Shown here piece after piece: positions 49,571 through 59,015 of a stretch of DNA of 64,000 nucleotides. The stretch is from Armatimonadota bacterium (GTDB taxonomy: Bacteria > Armatimonadota > Hebobacteria > CAIYQO01), in assembly GCA_020060775.1 (NCBI GenBank), contig JAGUZN010000211.1, positions 6,224 through 70,223 on the forward strand. Direction: 5' to 3'. The translations under genes were made by a program, and so were the position numbers. Each line of letters opens with the position of its first letter. Within the stretch, counting starts at the first letter, position 1. The notes under the pieces were generated by a model. It was given only the letters and a program-made list of their open reading frames with translations, did not search any database and was not told the DNA's origin.

Positions 49571-50218
49571 CTAAAAGTTGATGTCGACCTGCAAACCGAG
49601 CGCATTCGACGCATTGTCCGCATTGGGCATGGTGTACTGCAGAATCAATCCGACGTTTTCGGCGACCGGATGGCCGACGCCGAGGTTGAACGATCCAAGC
49701 GCGCTGTCACCGCTGATATAATCGGCGGCGAGCCACCAGGGGCCGGTCGTGTATTCCACACCAGCGAAAAAGCCGTCCTCATCGGGGGTCAGCACGTCAT
49801 CGTCGCCCGTGAAGGCGCCGGCGGTGAAGCGCGCAGCTTCGGCGAACTTTACGCTGCCGACGGCATAGATCACGTTGACGCTGTTATCGCTGCTCGGATT
49901 AACGCCAAAGATGCCGACGGCCGCGCCGAACGGCGAGTCTTCGCTCGGAGCGAGCAACTGATACTTGGCATTCGCGTTTAATGGGTACGCGCTGTTGAAG
50001 GCGTCAATGCCGGCCTCCAGCCGAGGAGTCACGCCGTATTCCAACCCCACGAGCGCGGTCGTGGTCTGGGCGGCATCGGTGGTGGTGATCGTATCCACAT
50101 CGAGGTGAAGGACGCCCTGGGACACCACATCGGTGCTGGGAATCGCCACCAGGCCGGTGTACGTGGCGAACGCGGGAACGCACGCCAGAAAGAGAAGTGT
50201 TGTGAGAATGGTTCGCAT
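49571..50218 (-). CDS. Putative small outer-membrane beta-barrel protein (OmpW-like). It has a signal peptide and a C-terminal Phe.
   Basis: MRTILTTLLFLACVPAFA signal peptide. The mature part is rich in alternating hydrophobic residues and Gly. The C-terminal pentapeptide ends QVDINF. Confidence 0.45.
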   Translation of the reverse strand: MRTILTTLLFLACVPAFATYTGLVAIPSTDVVSQGVLHLDVDTITTTDAAQTTTALVGLEYGVTPRLEAGIDAFNSAYPLNANAKYQLLAPSEDSPFGAAVGIFGVNPSSDNSVNVIYAVGSVKFAEAARFTAGAFTGDDDVLTPDEDGFFAGVEYTTGPWWLAADYISGDSALGSFNLGVGHPVAENVGLILQYTMPNADNASNALGLQVDINF

Positions 50219-50310
50219 TGGCGACCTCCTGAACGTAAGGTAGCCTATTATGCGCAAGCGACGATTACCGTAATATTGCGGTGTGTAAACAACATGTTAC
50301 CGGTTTTCTG

Positions 50311-50341
50311 GTGCAGAAAAAGAGGCCGCCGAAGCGGCCCC
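50311..50341 (-). terminator. Canonical intrinsic terminator after ruvB: GGCCGC-ttcg-GCGGCC, then CTCTTTTTCTG.
   Basis: Seen on the minus strand 33 bp after the ruvB stop. Confidence 0.6.
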
Positions 50342-50373
50342 TGGATGGCAAATCGATCGCCAATGTGCGATAT

Positions 50374-51417
50374 TCAGGCATCGAAGAGGCACCCCACCCC
50401 ATTGCCCATGGTCTGCTGGCCGGGAATCAACCCGAAGTGCTGATAGGCGAGCGGGGTGGCTTTGCGCCCGCTGGGCGTGCGGCTTAAGAAGCCGATCTTC
50501 AGCAAGAACGGCTCGACCATATCCACCAGCGTGTCGCTCTCCTCGTTGAGGGTGGCGGCCAACGCCTCGACGCCCACCGGACCGCCCTGGTAGAAATCAA
50601 TGATGGTGCGCAGCAATTTGCGGTCAAGTTCATCCAGACCAATGCGGTCAACCCCCAGCGAGCACAGCGCCTGATCTGCAATCTCGCGGGTGATGCGGCC
50701 ATCCGCTTTGACGTCGGCGTAATCGCGCACGCGGCGCAACAGGCGGTTGGCAATGCGCGGGGTGCCGCGGGAGCGCCGGCCGATCTCCTCTGCACCCTCC
50801 GGCTCGATGGGCACGTTGAGAATACCCGCCGAACGATTGATGATCTTCACGAGTTCGGGCACCGGATAGAAATCCAGATGGTAAAAGAGACCGAAACGCT
50901 CGCGCAACGGGGCGGTGAGCTTGCCGGCACGCGTGGTGGCCCCCACCAGCGTAAAGCGCGCCACCGGCAATTTGATGCTCTTGGCGAATGCCCCCTTATC
51001 GATCATGAAGTCGACCGAGTAATCTTCCATCGCCGAGTAGAGATATTCCTCCACGACGCGCGGGAGACGGTGGATCTCGTCAATGAAGAAGACCGCGCCC
51101 GGCTTCAAATTAGTCAACAGCCCGACCAGATCGCCGGCGCGTTCCAGCGCCGGGCCGGACGAGGTGACAATTTCGGCATCCATTTCATTGGCAATGATAT
51201 GGGCGAGCGTCGTTTTGCCCAATCCCGGCGGACCATAGAGCAGCACGTGGTCGAGTGCCTCTTCGCGACGCCGTGCTGCGGCAATGGAGGTCTCGAGGTT
51301 CTCCTTCAACTGCGGCTGGCCGATGTAATCCCCCAGGCGCTGCGGGCGCAACGTGGTGGTGACCGCCAGGTCTTCCGGCGTCTCGCTCGGCGTAATCAAT
51401 CGTTCGTGCATCGACAT
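50374..51417 (-). CDS. ruvB: Holliday junction branch-migration helicase RuvB.
   Basis: Walker [15 protein letters not shown], the sensor motifs and the C-terminal winged helix. No ruvA is adjacent. Confidence 0.95.
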   Translation of the reverse strand: MSMHERLITPSETPEDLAVTTTLRPQRLGDYIGQPQLKENLETSIAAARRREEALDHVLLYGPPGLGKTTLAHIIANEMDAEIVTSSGPALERAGDLVGLLTNLKPGAVFFIDEIHRLPRVVEEYLYSAMEDYSVDFMIDKGAFAKSIKLPVARFTLVGATTRAGKLTAPLRERFGLFYHLDFYPVPELVKIINRSAGILNVPIEPEGAEEIGRRSRGTPRIANRLLRRVRDYADVKADGRITREIADQALCSLGVDRIGLDELDRKLLRTIIDFYQGGPVGVEALAATLNEESDTLVDMVEPFLLKIGFLSRTPSGRKATPLAYQHFGLIPGQQTMGNGVGCLFDA

Positions 51418-51546
51418 CGCGTAGTACCTCACTCCAAATACTCAAGAAATACGTTATCCCAGCTCGTCATGTAGGATGGCCATTGCCGGCAGGCTCATCC
51501 TCCTCTCGTTCGAATAACCTGCAACCAGTAATTTGCCATACTCCTC

Positions 51547-52530
51547 TTACTCAGCCTGGATGGCGCTCAGCACCACCATGCCGACGATACGCAGGCTCTC
51601 GCGGCTGCACTTTGCCGGGGTGTCGGCGAGTGTATGCCAATACGGATAGTCGAAATCGATGAGATCAACCGTCGGGATGCCGACCTCATTGAGCGGCACA
51701 TGATCGTCGGTAATCATGTAGGCACCCGGCGCATCGACAAACCCGGGCATGCCGGCAGTCCGCAGGTAGCCCAACCGGCGTGCGGCGGCAAAGACGCGGT
51801 CATTGACCGCTTTCGCGTGTTGCTCGGAATAGGGTTCGCGCGGGATGGCCAGGTCGGTATCGCCGATCATATCGAGCAAGATGCCCCAATCGGGCTTCTG
51901 CTCAGGCAAATTCCGGGCGTAGTGCGCCGACCCCAAGAGCATATCCTCCAGGCCGGGGCCATAATCCTCACCGTCAAAGAGGACGACTTGCACATCGCGG
52001 GAGATGGGATGCGCCTGCAGTTGGCGGGCGATTTCCAGCAGCACGGCCACGCCGGAGGCGCCGTCATTCGCGCCGGGAATCGGCTGATCGCGCTTCGCGG
52101 GATCAGGGTCCTTATCCGCGGTGGGACGGGTATCCCAGTGGGCGGCGAGCAGCACGCGTTCACGCGGGGCGGGACCATGGCCCGGGATCTCGGCGATGAT
52201 ATTCCACATCTGCACCGTGCTGCCGCCCAGTTCGTGACTGAACGGTTGCAGCATCACGGTAGCGCCGGTGGCGCGTAATTGATCGGCCAGCCAGTCGCGT
52301 ACCTCGCGATGTGTCGGTGTGCCGGGCACGCGAAAGCCCATCGCCACCTGCGTCTCCAGGTCAGCCCAGGCGCGCGCTGCATCAAACACGACGGCAGGTT
52401 CGGCCGCGCGCGGTGTGCGCTCAGAACAGCCGGCGCCCACCGCGAACGCCAGCATCGCCATCGCCAGCATCAACACCAGTACGCGTTGCCACCTCGTCAT
52501 TGCCATACGCCCTATGCTAATCCTTTTCAC
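51547..52530 (-). CDS. M28-family zinc peptidase; a probable lipoprotein.
   Basis: HWDTRP...DGASGVAVLLEIAR...DGEDYG metal-binding motifs. Lipobox-like sequence AVGAGC. Confidence 0.8.
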   Translation of the reverse strand: MKRISIGRMAMTRWQRVLVLMLAMAMLAFAVGAGCSERTPRAAEPAVVFDAARAWADLETQVAMGFRVPGTPTHREVRDWLADQLRATGATVMLQPFSHELGGSTVQMWNIIAEIPGHGPAPRERVLLAAHWDTRPTADKDPDPAKRDQPIPGANDGASGVAVLLEIARQLQAHPISRDVQVVLFDGEDYGPGLEDMLLGSAHYARNLPEQKPDWGILLDMIGDTDLAIPREPYSEQHAKAVNDRVFAAARRLGYLRTAGMPGFVDAPGAYMITDDHVPLNEVGIPTVDLIDFDYPYWHTLADTPAKCSRESLRIVGMVVLSAIQAE

Positions 52531-52721
52531 CCCCCGGCGTCAAGGAAAAGCAAACTTTGGTTCTTACCAATCCACCAACTGCCTGTCGCAGAGAAATGTT
52601 ACCCTCAAGCCCTTCCTGACAGAAGGAATCAGTGCACCATCGTTGAAGATTCTGGAGGAGATCATTCCATGCGCATTCAGGCGTGGTTTTACTCTTACCT
52701 CTTGATGAAAGGGACTACCCC

Positions 52722-53777
52722 ATGGCGAAACGTTTACGGTACGGGTTGATCGGCTGTGGCGGCTGCGGCGTTGGCAAGCATCTGGCCTCCTACGCGCTCT
52801 ACCCCGACGAAGTGGAGTTGTGCGCGGTGTACGACTTCGATGCGGCCAAGGCGAAAGCCGCTGCCGAGCAGTATCGTGTGCCGCAGGTTTATGCGACCTA
52901 CGAAGAGATGTTGGCCGACCCGCGCATCGACTTCGTGTCGGTGGCAACCCCGAATGCCTTCCATGCCCCCATCACTATTGCCGCGCTGGAAGCGGGCAAG
53001 CACGTGCATGTGGAGAAGCCGATCTCCATGAATGCCGAAGAGGCGGAGGCGATCGTCGAAGCGAAAAACCGCAACGGCAAATTGGTGATGGTCGGCTTGA
53101 ACAATCGCTTCACTGAACTCTCACAGTTCACCAAGCAATATGTCGATGAGGGGCACCTGGGCGAGGTGTACCATATCCGCTGCGGATGGCGGCGGCGGCG
53201 GGGCATCCCGAGCTGGGGCGGCTGGTTCACCCAGAAAGCGTTGGCTGGCGGCGGCCCGTTGATCGACCTGGGCGTACACTTCATCGACCTTTCACTGCAT
53301 TTCATCGGCTTCCCCGAGCCCGTTTCCGTATCCGGCGCCACGTACAGCAAGTTCACCGGCAAACCGGCCAAAGGCAAAGATGCCCCGCCCCCCATGGACG
53401 TCGAAGATCTGGCGGTAGGATTCGTGCGCTTTGCGAATGGCTGCACGATGTCCATTGAGTACAGCTGGGCGTCCAATGTGGAGCGCGAGGAAAACTTCTC
53501 TGAGCTGATGGGCACCAAAGGCGGGCTGCGCCTGCTGAACGGCGAACTGACGCTCCTCGGCGAATCGTGCGGTGTGCCGACGAATATCGTCCCGCAGATC
53601 AAGAACACCTCGAGCTGGGGAGAGAACGAAGCCAAGCACTTCATCGAGTGCATGCGCCGCCGTCGCGAGCCGCTGGCCAAGCCCGAAGAAGCGGTGCGTA
53701 TTATGCGCATCATCGATGGGCTGTACGCTTCGGCGGAGAGCGGGCGCGAAGTGCTGGTGTCGCCGGTCGCCGTGTAG
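52722..53777 (+). CDS. Gfo/Idh/MocA-family NAD(P)-dependent oxidoreductase.
   Basis: N-terminus YGLIGCGGCGV followed by an EKP motif. Confidence 0.85.
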   Translation: MAKRLRYGLIGCGGCGVGKHLASYALYPDEVELCAVYDFDAAKAKAAAEQYRVPQVYATYEEMLADPRIDFVSVATPNAFHAPITIAALEAGKHVHVEKPISMNAEEAEAIVEAKNRNGKLVMVGLNNRFTELSQFTKQYVDEGHLGEVYHIRCGWRRRRGIPSWGGWFTQKALAGGGPLIDLGVHFIDLSLHFIGFPEPVSVSGATYSKFTGKPAKGKDAPPPMDVEDLAVGFVRFANGCTMSIEYSWASNVEREENFSELMGTKGGLRLLNGELTLLGESCGVPTNIVPQIKNTSSWGENEAKHFIECMRRRREPLAKPEEAVRIMRIIDGLYASAESGREVLVSPVAV

Positions 53778-53923
53778 CGGACGGCACATCCTGACCGGAT
53801 TCCTGCGGGTTCGGGAAGGGAAGACCATCGTTGGGCGCGAAATAGTATCAGGTTGAACGGTATGGCTAAGGGGCTGACGTATCACGCGGACAGCCCCTTG
53901 CTTTCGCACAGAGGAAGCGATGG

Positions 53924-55189
53924 ATGACCCCGACGAAACGACGCGCTCGATGGCTGGCCTACCTTGTAGTGCTCGGGCCAGGGCTGTTGGCGGCCAGCGC
54001 CGGCAATGATGCCGGCGGCATTGCCACCTATGCCCAGGCCGGCGCGGCGTATCGCTATGACCTCCTCTGGCTATTACTGCTGATTACCGTGCCGCTGGTG
54101 ATCGTCTTTGAAATGTGCGCGCGCATGGGTGCGGTCACCGGCAAAGGGCTGTCCGATCTCATCCGCGAGAACTTCGGCGTGCGCTGGACGATCTTCGCCA
54201 TGTTCGCCATGTTCATCGCCAATTTCCTGGTGGCAGCGGCGAACATCGCTGGCGCAGCTTTGGCGCTAGATCTCTTATTCGGGCTGGATAAATTCATTTC
54301 CATTCCCCTGCTCGCCATTGCCGTATGGCTGTTGCTGGTGCGCGGCAATTACAACCTGGTCGAGCGCGGGCTGCTCATCCTCGCCGGCCTCTTCCTCGCC
54401 TACCCTATCGCCGCCTTCACCGTGCAGCCGGACTGGGGGCAGGTCTTCCAGCGCATGCTGGTACCCTCACACGAGTGGCTGGGGCAGTTCAACGTGAATT
54501 ACCTGCACCTCGGCATCGGCCTCATCGGCACGACCATTGCGCCGTGGATGACCTTCTTCCTGCAGTCTTCAGTGGTGGATAAAGGCGAGCGTAAACAGGA
54601 CCTGCCCATCCGCCGTTTCGATGTGATCAGCGGGGCGATCTCGGCCAATGCTATTGCCTTCTTCATCATCATCACCTCCGCTGTACTGTATACGGGGTTC
54701 GGCGAACGGCAACTGGGCAGTGCCGGCGAGGCGGCCATGGCCCTGCGCAGTCTGGTCGGGGGCGCGGCTCCCTTCCTGTTTGGCGCGGGGCTGTTTGGCG
54801 CCAGTGTGCTGGGTGCGGCGGCCGTGCCATTGACTACCTGCTACGCGGTGACAGAAGCCTTTGGCTGGGAGCGCGGGCTCGACCACCGTTTCCGACAGGC
54901 ACCGGCCTTTTTCGGGTTGCTTACCGCTATCATTGTCCTCGGCTCGGCGGTGGTGCTCTTCACGCCGCAGGACCGCCTCTTTTCGCTCATCCTTTTTTCA
55001 CAGGTGATCAATGGCGTGCTGGTGCCGATCATCCTCGTCTTCATCTTGCTGCTGGCGAATAATCGCCGGTTGATGGGTGATTACGCCAACAGCAAGCCGT
55101 TCAACTTCATCGCCTGGATCTCGGTAGTCTTCATCGTATTGATGAGTCTGGTATACTTCGGGATCGGAGCTTTCGGGAGGGGATCGTGA
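53924..55189 (+). CDS. mntH: NRAMP-family divalent metal transporter (MntH-like).
   Basis: Conserved NRAMP TM1/TM6 motifs (AGNDAGGIATYAQAGAAY, ...GTTIAPWMTFF...). Confidence 0.9.
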   Translation: MTPTKRRARWLAYLVVLGPGLLAASAGNDAGGIATYAQAGAAYRYDLLWLLLLITVPLVIVFEMCARMGAVTGKGLSDLIRENFGVRWTIFAMFAMFIANFLVAAANIAGAALALDLLFGLDKFISIPLLAIAVWLLLVRGNYNLVERGLLILAGLFLAYPIAAFTVQPDWGQVFQRMLVPSHEWLGQFNVNYLHLGIGLIGTTIAPWMTFFLQSSVVDKGERKQDLPIRRFDVISGAISANAIAFFIIITSAVLYTGFGERQLGSAGEAAMALRSLVGGAAPFLFGAGLFGASVLGAAAVPLTTCYAVTEAFGWERGLDHRFRQAPAFFGLLTAIIVLGSAVVLFTPQDRLFSLILFSQVINGVLVPIILVFILLLANNRRLMGDYANSKPFNFIAWISVVFIVLMSLVYFGIGAFGRGS

Positions 55190-55497
55190 CCGTACAGGAA
55201 TTTCAACGTCTCATCGAACGCCTTTACTTTGAAAAGGATCAGGGGCGGGGCTGGCAGGAGACGTTCATCTGGTTCGTAGAGGAAGTGGGCGAATTGGGGC
55301 GTGCCTTGCGCTCGGAGGGGCGGAAAGAGGTTGAAGCGGAATTCGCCGATGTCTTCGCCTGGCTCGTCACGTTGGCCAGCATCTTCGAGGTGGACCTGGA
55401 AGCGGTGGCACAGGCAAAATACGGAGCCGGCTGTCCTAAATGCGCAAAGATCCCCTGCGTGTGCGGAGAACGGCGAGAGCCGAAAGACGAGGCGTAA
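55186..55497 (+). CDS. MazG-like nucleotide pyrophosphohydrolase domain protein (103 aa) with a C-terminal Cys cluster.
   Basis: EEVGELGRAL...EFADVFAWL is a MazG/all-alpha NTP-PPase signature. The GTG start overlaps the mntH stop (GTGA). The tail is CPKCAKIPCVCGE. Confidence 0.65.
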   Translation: MTVQEFQRLIERLYFEKDQGRGWQETFIWFVEEVGELGRALRSEGRKEVEAEFADVFAWLVTLASIFEVDLEAVAQAKYGAGCPKCAKIPCVCGERREPKDEA

Positions 55498-55548
55498 GCC
55501 GTACCCGCATGGCATGACTCGCCCGTTTTCGGGAATACTGAGGCCACC

Positions 55549-56871
55549 ATGTGCATTTCCACTCGTATGCCATCATACACCCGCGTCGGGTTGTATGCGA
55601 TCTTCCTGTTCCTGCTACCGCTAACCGGGGCGCAGGGACAACACCTGCCGCGCTCATTGCGCATCGGCCTGCAGACCGAAAAGCCCGAAATCCGTCTGCA
55701 GGGCACGACGCCCGTGCAACTGGAGGGCGCAAGCGGCGAAGCGCTGACTTTTCCCGCCGAGCAGGTGCTGGTCTTCCGCCCGCACCAGGGCGGGGTGGCC
55801 GTGCTGGATACCGATAGTCAACCGCTGGCCCACGCGCCCGGTACGGTACGTCTGACGCCCGCACCGGAAGGTGAAGATGCCGATGCCCCCACCCCGCTCA
55901 TCCGCGTGCTCGGTCCCAGCCGCCATTATGACGGCAAGCCGAACCGTCCCTACCGCGGCGTCATGGAGATCATGCCGCGCGAGGACGGGCTGACGCTGGT
56001 GAATATCGTTGATGTCGAGCAATACCTATGGGGCGTCGTCTCCTCGGAGATGAGCCCACGCTACCCGCTGGAGGCATTGAAAGCGCAGGCGGTGGCGGCG
56101 CGCACCTACGCGCTAAAACATATCGGCCGTCTCGCTGCCCAGGGCTTCGATCTGGACGACACCGCACGCTGCCAGGTGTATGGTGGCTACTTCAACGAAG
56201 ACCCGCGCACCACCCGAGCAGTGAACGAGACGGCGCACATGGTGATGCTGTACGAGGGTGAGTTGATCGATGCCCTCTACTCGTCAACCTGTGGCGGATT
56301 CACGGAATCGGCGAAAGCGGCATCGGGGCGTGATGTGCCGTATCTGCAGAGCGTGAGCGATTTTGGCGCGGATATTCCCAACTGTCCCGAGCACCCCGAC
56401 GATGAAGAAGGTTGGGCCGCCTTCCTGAAAACCGCCCGCCCACTGCATTGCCTGCAGCCCAAGTATGCACGCCCTGAAGTGTTTCGCTGGGTGACATTGA
56501 TCCCGCGTCGAGACCTGGAAGCTTCGCTCGCGTCGTATCAGGTGGGCACGGTGCAGGACATCACGCCGCTGCGCCGTGGCCTCTCCGGACGCATCACCGC
56601 AGTACGCGTCGAAGGCAGCACGCGCACGGTGACTATCGAAAAAGAACTGAATATCCGTCGCGCGTTCGGCGGCCTGCGCTCCTCCGCCTTCACCGTGGAT
56701 ATCTACCGGGACGATGCCGGCACACCGGTAGTCTTCGCCTTCTGGGGTGCGGGCTGGGGCCATGGCCTGGGCATGTGCCAGGTGGGGGCCGTCGGCCTCG
56801 CGGAAGAGGGATGGGCGTACGATCGCATCCTCACCCACTATTACCGGGGCACGACCGTCGAACGACGGTAG
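55549..56871 (+). CDS. SpoIID/LytB-domain protein (peptidoglycan lytic transglycosylase-like), secreted.
   Basis: Has a signal peptide. The core …VNIVDVEQYLWGVVSSEMSP…AARTYAL… is SpoIID-like. Confidence 0.85.
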   Translation: MCISTRMPSYTRVGLYAIFLFLLPLTGAQGQHLPRSLRIGLQTEKPEIRLQGTTPVQLEGASGEALTFPAEQVLVFRPHQGGVAVLDTDSQPLAHAPGTVRLTPAPEGEDADAPTPLIRVLGPSRHYDGKPNRPYRGVMEIMPREDGLTLVNIVDVEQYLWGVVSSEMSPRYPLEALKAQAVAARTYALKHIGRLAAQGFDLDDTARCQVYGGYFNEDPRTTRAVNETAHMVMLYEGELIDALYSSTCGGFTESAKAASGRDVPYLQSVSDFGADIPNCPEHPDDEEGWAAFLKTARPLHCLQPKYARPEVFRWVTLIPRRDLEASLASYQVGTVQDITPLRRGLSGRITAVRVEGSTRTVTIEKELNIRRAFGGLRSSAFTVDIYRDDAGTPVVFAFWGAGWGHGLGMCQVGAVGLAEEGWAYDRILTHYYRGTTVERR

Positions 56872-56968
56872 GCGCTGAAACGCCATGCTGGAATGCCCGG
56901 ATACGCAACAACCCTCCCCCAACGCATGCTGGGGGAGGGTTTCTTACGGCATCTTGCTCACCACCTGT

Positions 56969-58975
56969 TTATTCCAGATGCAGTTCGGCGACGGCGGCGA
57001 TGGTGTCGCCGGGCACGTCGAAGCTGATGCCGCTGCCATCCTTGCTGAAGGGGATGGGGGTGATCTCGCCATCCAGCGATTGCAGGGTGACCGCCTGCAC
57101 GCGGTCGAGATCGGCGGTGCAGACCTGCACCTGCTCAGGATGCAGCGTGCGCCCGCCGGCGCGTGGTTCATTCCCCACGACACTGGCGATCAACGAACCA
57201 CTCGGCGTGCGGAAGATGCCACCCTGGAAGCCGGTGGGCAGGTGCAGCGGCTCGGGATCGAAGATCCATTTCCGCCGGAACATGCGCGTGAGCAGCGGCA
57301 GGTAGCGATCGTAGAGGTCTTTGGACGGCAGCGCCTGCGGGTAGCTGGTGAAGCCCGCCGCGTAAATGAGACAGCGCTGGAACATCAGCTCGATATCGCG
57401 ATCGCTCTTGTCGTACATCAGGAAGAACATCGGCTTGGCCAGCCCGTAGTACTGCATGAGGTCGCAGAGCCAGCCGGACCCTTCCGCCATGTAGGCGTCG
57501 ACGTACTTCATGATGCTGACGCAGTATGGCCCGTTGGCGATGATTGACCGGTTCGGGTGCAGCAGTCGAGAAAGATGTTCGAGGTGGGGGTCATAGTTGA
57601 ACCCCGTCATATACACCGGCCGGTTGTCGATGGCGGTGATGCCGTCGTCATGAGCCGTATCGATCCAGTTGTAGCAGGCCTGGTCGAGGAAGACGCCGTC
57701 AATGCTCGGATAGCGGGTCATCATGCCGTCGATCTGCCGGGTGATGTCCTTGCCGAAGGTGAGCGAGGGGTCGGAGTTGAGCTGCACGGTGTCGTAATAC
57801 TCCGAATAGATCGGATTGCCGTAGCGATCCTTCACCATTGACTCGTACATCGCGGGGTCGAGGAGCTTTGCGTCGCCATCGCCGGAAATCTGGATGTACG
57901 GCAGGGCGGCGATCTGCTCGGCGTGCAGCGTGTCAATCGTGCGCTGGATCATCTCTACGGAGATCATCGTTTCCCATTTGCGCGCGTGTCCGCTGCGCCA
58001 CGCGGCAATGCCTTCGGGATGATAGTTGCCGTAGGCGGGGAAGTGCTCGTGCACCTCATGCCAGGTCATGCCGAGCTGCCGCATGGTATGCGCTTTCTCC
58101 GGCGCGACATCGCACCCTCCGGAGATATGCCCGCCCCACAGGTCGTGGATCGTTGCGGAGCGCGGTTCGAAATACTCGTTGAAACGCTCGTACAGCCACC
58201 CCAGCGCCGGACGCCAATGGCCGCCGGTGCCGTGCAGCAGCAGGCTGGTGCGCGCGGGTTTGCCGGGCGCCAGCGCCAGCCAGTCGAACTCGGCGAGCAG
58301 ATCGAGGTCGCGGTAGCTGCTGGAGATGGTAAAGTGCGGCGAGCGGAAATCGAAGGGCATGGCCACCAGCAGGCCGGCGTTCTTATCCGCACGGTACGAA
58401 CACAGCACAGGCATGAGCATGCCGCTGGTGATCTCGCCGTATTCCAGCTTGAGGCCGGTAAAGCGATTCGGCGCGGAGGGCATGCCATCCTTCGCTGTCC
58501 AGAACTCGGTGGAGTAGAGCAACTGCGGCCAGGGAATGGCGTAGCTAATGCAGCAGGAGCGGAAATCGCCCTCGTCCAACGTCACGTCCGCCTGCCAGTG
58601 AATGGCATCGCCATCGACCGCATAGCGCTCGGTGAGCAGCCAGGGCGCACCGCGGAAGGTCTTATAGACGGTGAGCACATCCTTCTCAAAGTCGAACCAA
58701 ACCTTAGTCACATCGCGTTGATCGAAGGTGTGCCGCAACAGGTCGTCGCGCACGGTCACCTGCCCGGGATGTTCACTCCAGACGAAATCTGCTTCGCTGG
58801 CCGTCACCTGCGAGGCGACAACGCCAAAGGCGGTGGCGCCGGCGCGCGCGCCCAGCGCGTCTTTGCGCCCGCTGATCACCAGTTGCGCCAGGCTGCCGGT
58901 CTGCTTGTCGATCGTCAGCACGAGACTGCCGGCGTCAATGCGCCAGCCCTGCGGGGTGTGTTCAATGCTGCCCAT
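56969..58975 (-). CDS. Hypothetical cytoplasmic protein of 668 aa. A possible glycoside-hydrolase-like enzyme.
   Basis: No signal peptide and no confident motif. It sits in a cluster with a GH95-like gene. Confidence 0.45.
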   Translation of the reverse strand: MGSIEHTPQGWRIDAGSLVLTIDKQTGSLAQLVISGRKDALGARAGATAFGVVASQVTASEADFVWSEHPGQVTVRDDLLRHTFDQRDVTKVWFDFEKDVLTVYKTFRGAPWLLTERYAVDGDAIHWQADVTLDEGDFRSCCISYAIPWPQLLYSTEFWTAKDGMPSAPNRFTGLKLEYGEITSGMLMPVLCSYRADKNAGLLVAMPFDFRSPHFTISSSYRDLDLLAEFDWLALAPGKPARTSLLLHGTGGHWRPALGWLYERFNEYFEPRSATIHDLWGGHISGGCDVAPEKAHTMRQLGMTWHEVHEHFPAYGNYHPEGIAAWRSGHARKWETMISVEMIQRTIDTLHAEQIAALPYIQISGDGDAKLLDPAMYESMVKDRYGNPIYSEYYDTVQLNSDPSLTFGKDITRQIDGMMTRYPSIDGVFLDQACYNWIDTAHDDGITAIDNRPVYMTGFNYDPHLEHLSRLLHPNRSIIANGPYCVSIMKYVDAYMAEGSGWLCDLMQYYGLAKPMFFLMYDKSDRDIELMFQRCLIYAAGFTSYPQALPSKDLYDRYLPLLTRMFRRKWIFDPEPLHLPTGFQGGIFRTPSGSLIASVVGNEPRAGGRTLHPEQVQVCTADLDRVQAVTLQSLDGEITPIPFSKDGSGISFDVPGDTIAAVAELHLE

Positions 58976-59015
58976 GAGATGCTCCCTTTTGGATGTTGAG
59001 GACGTGTCCTCATTG

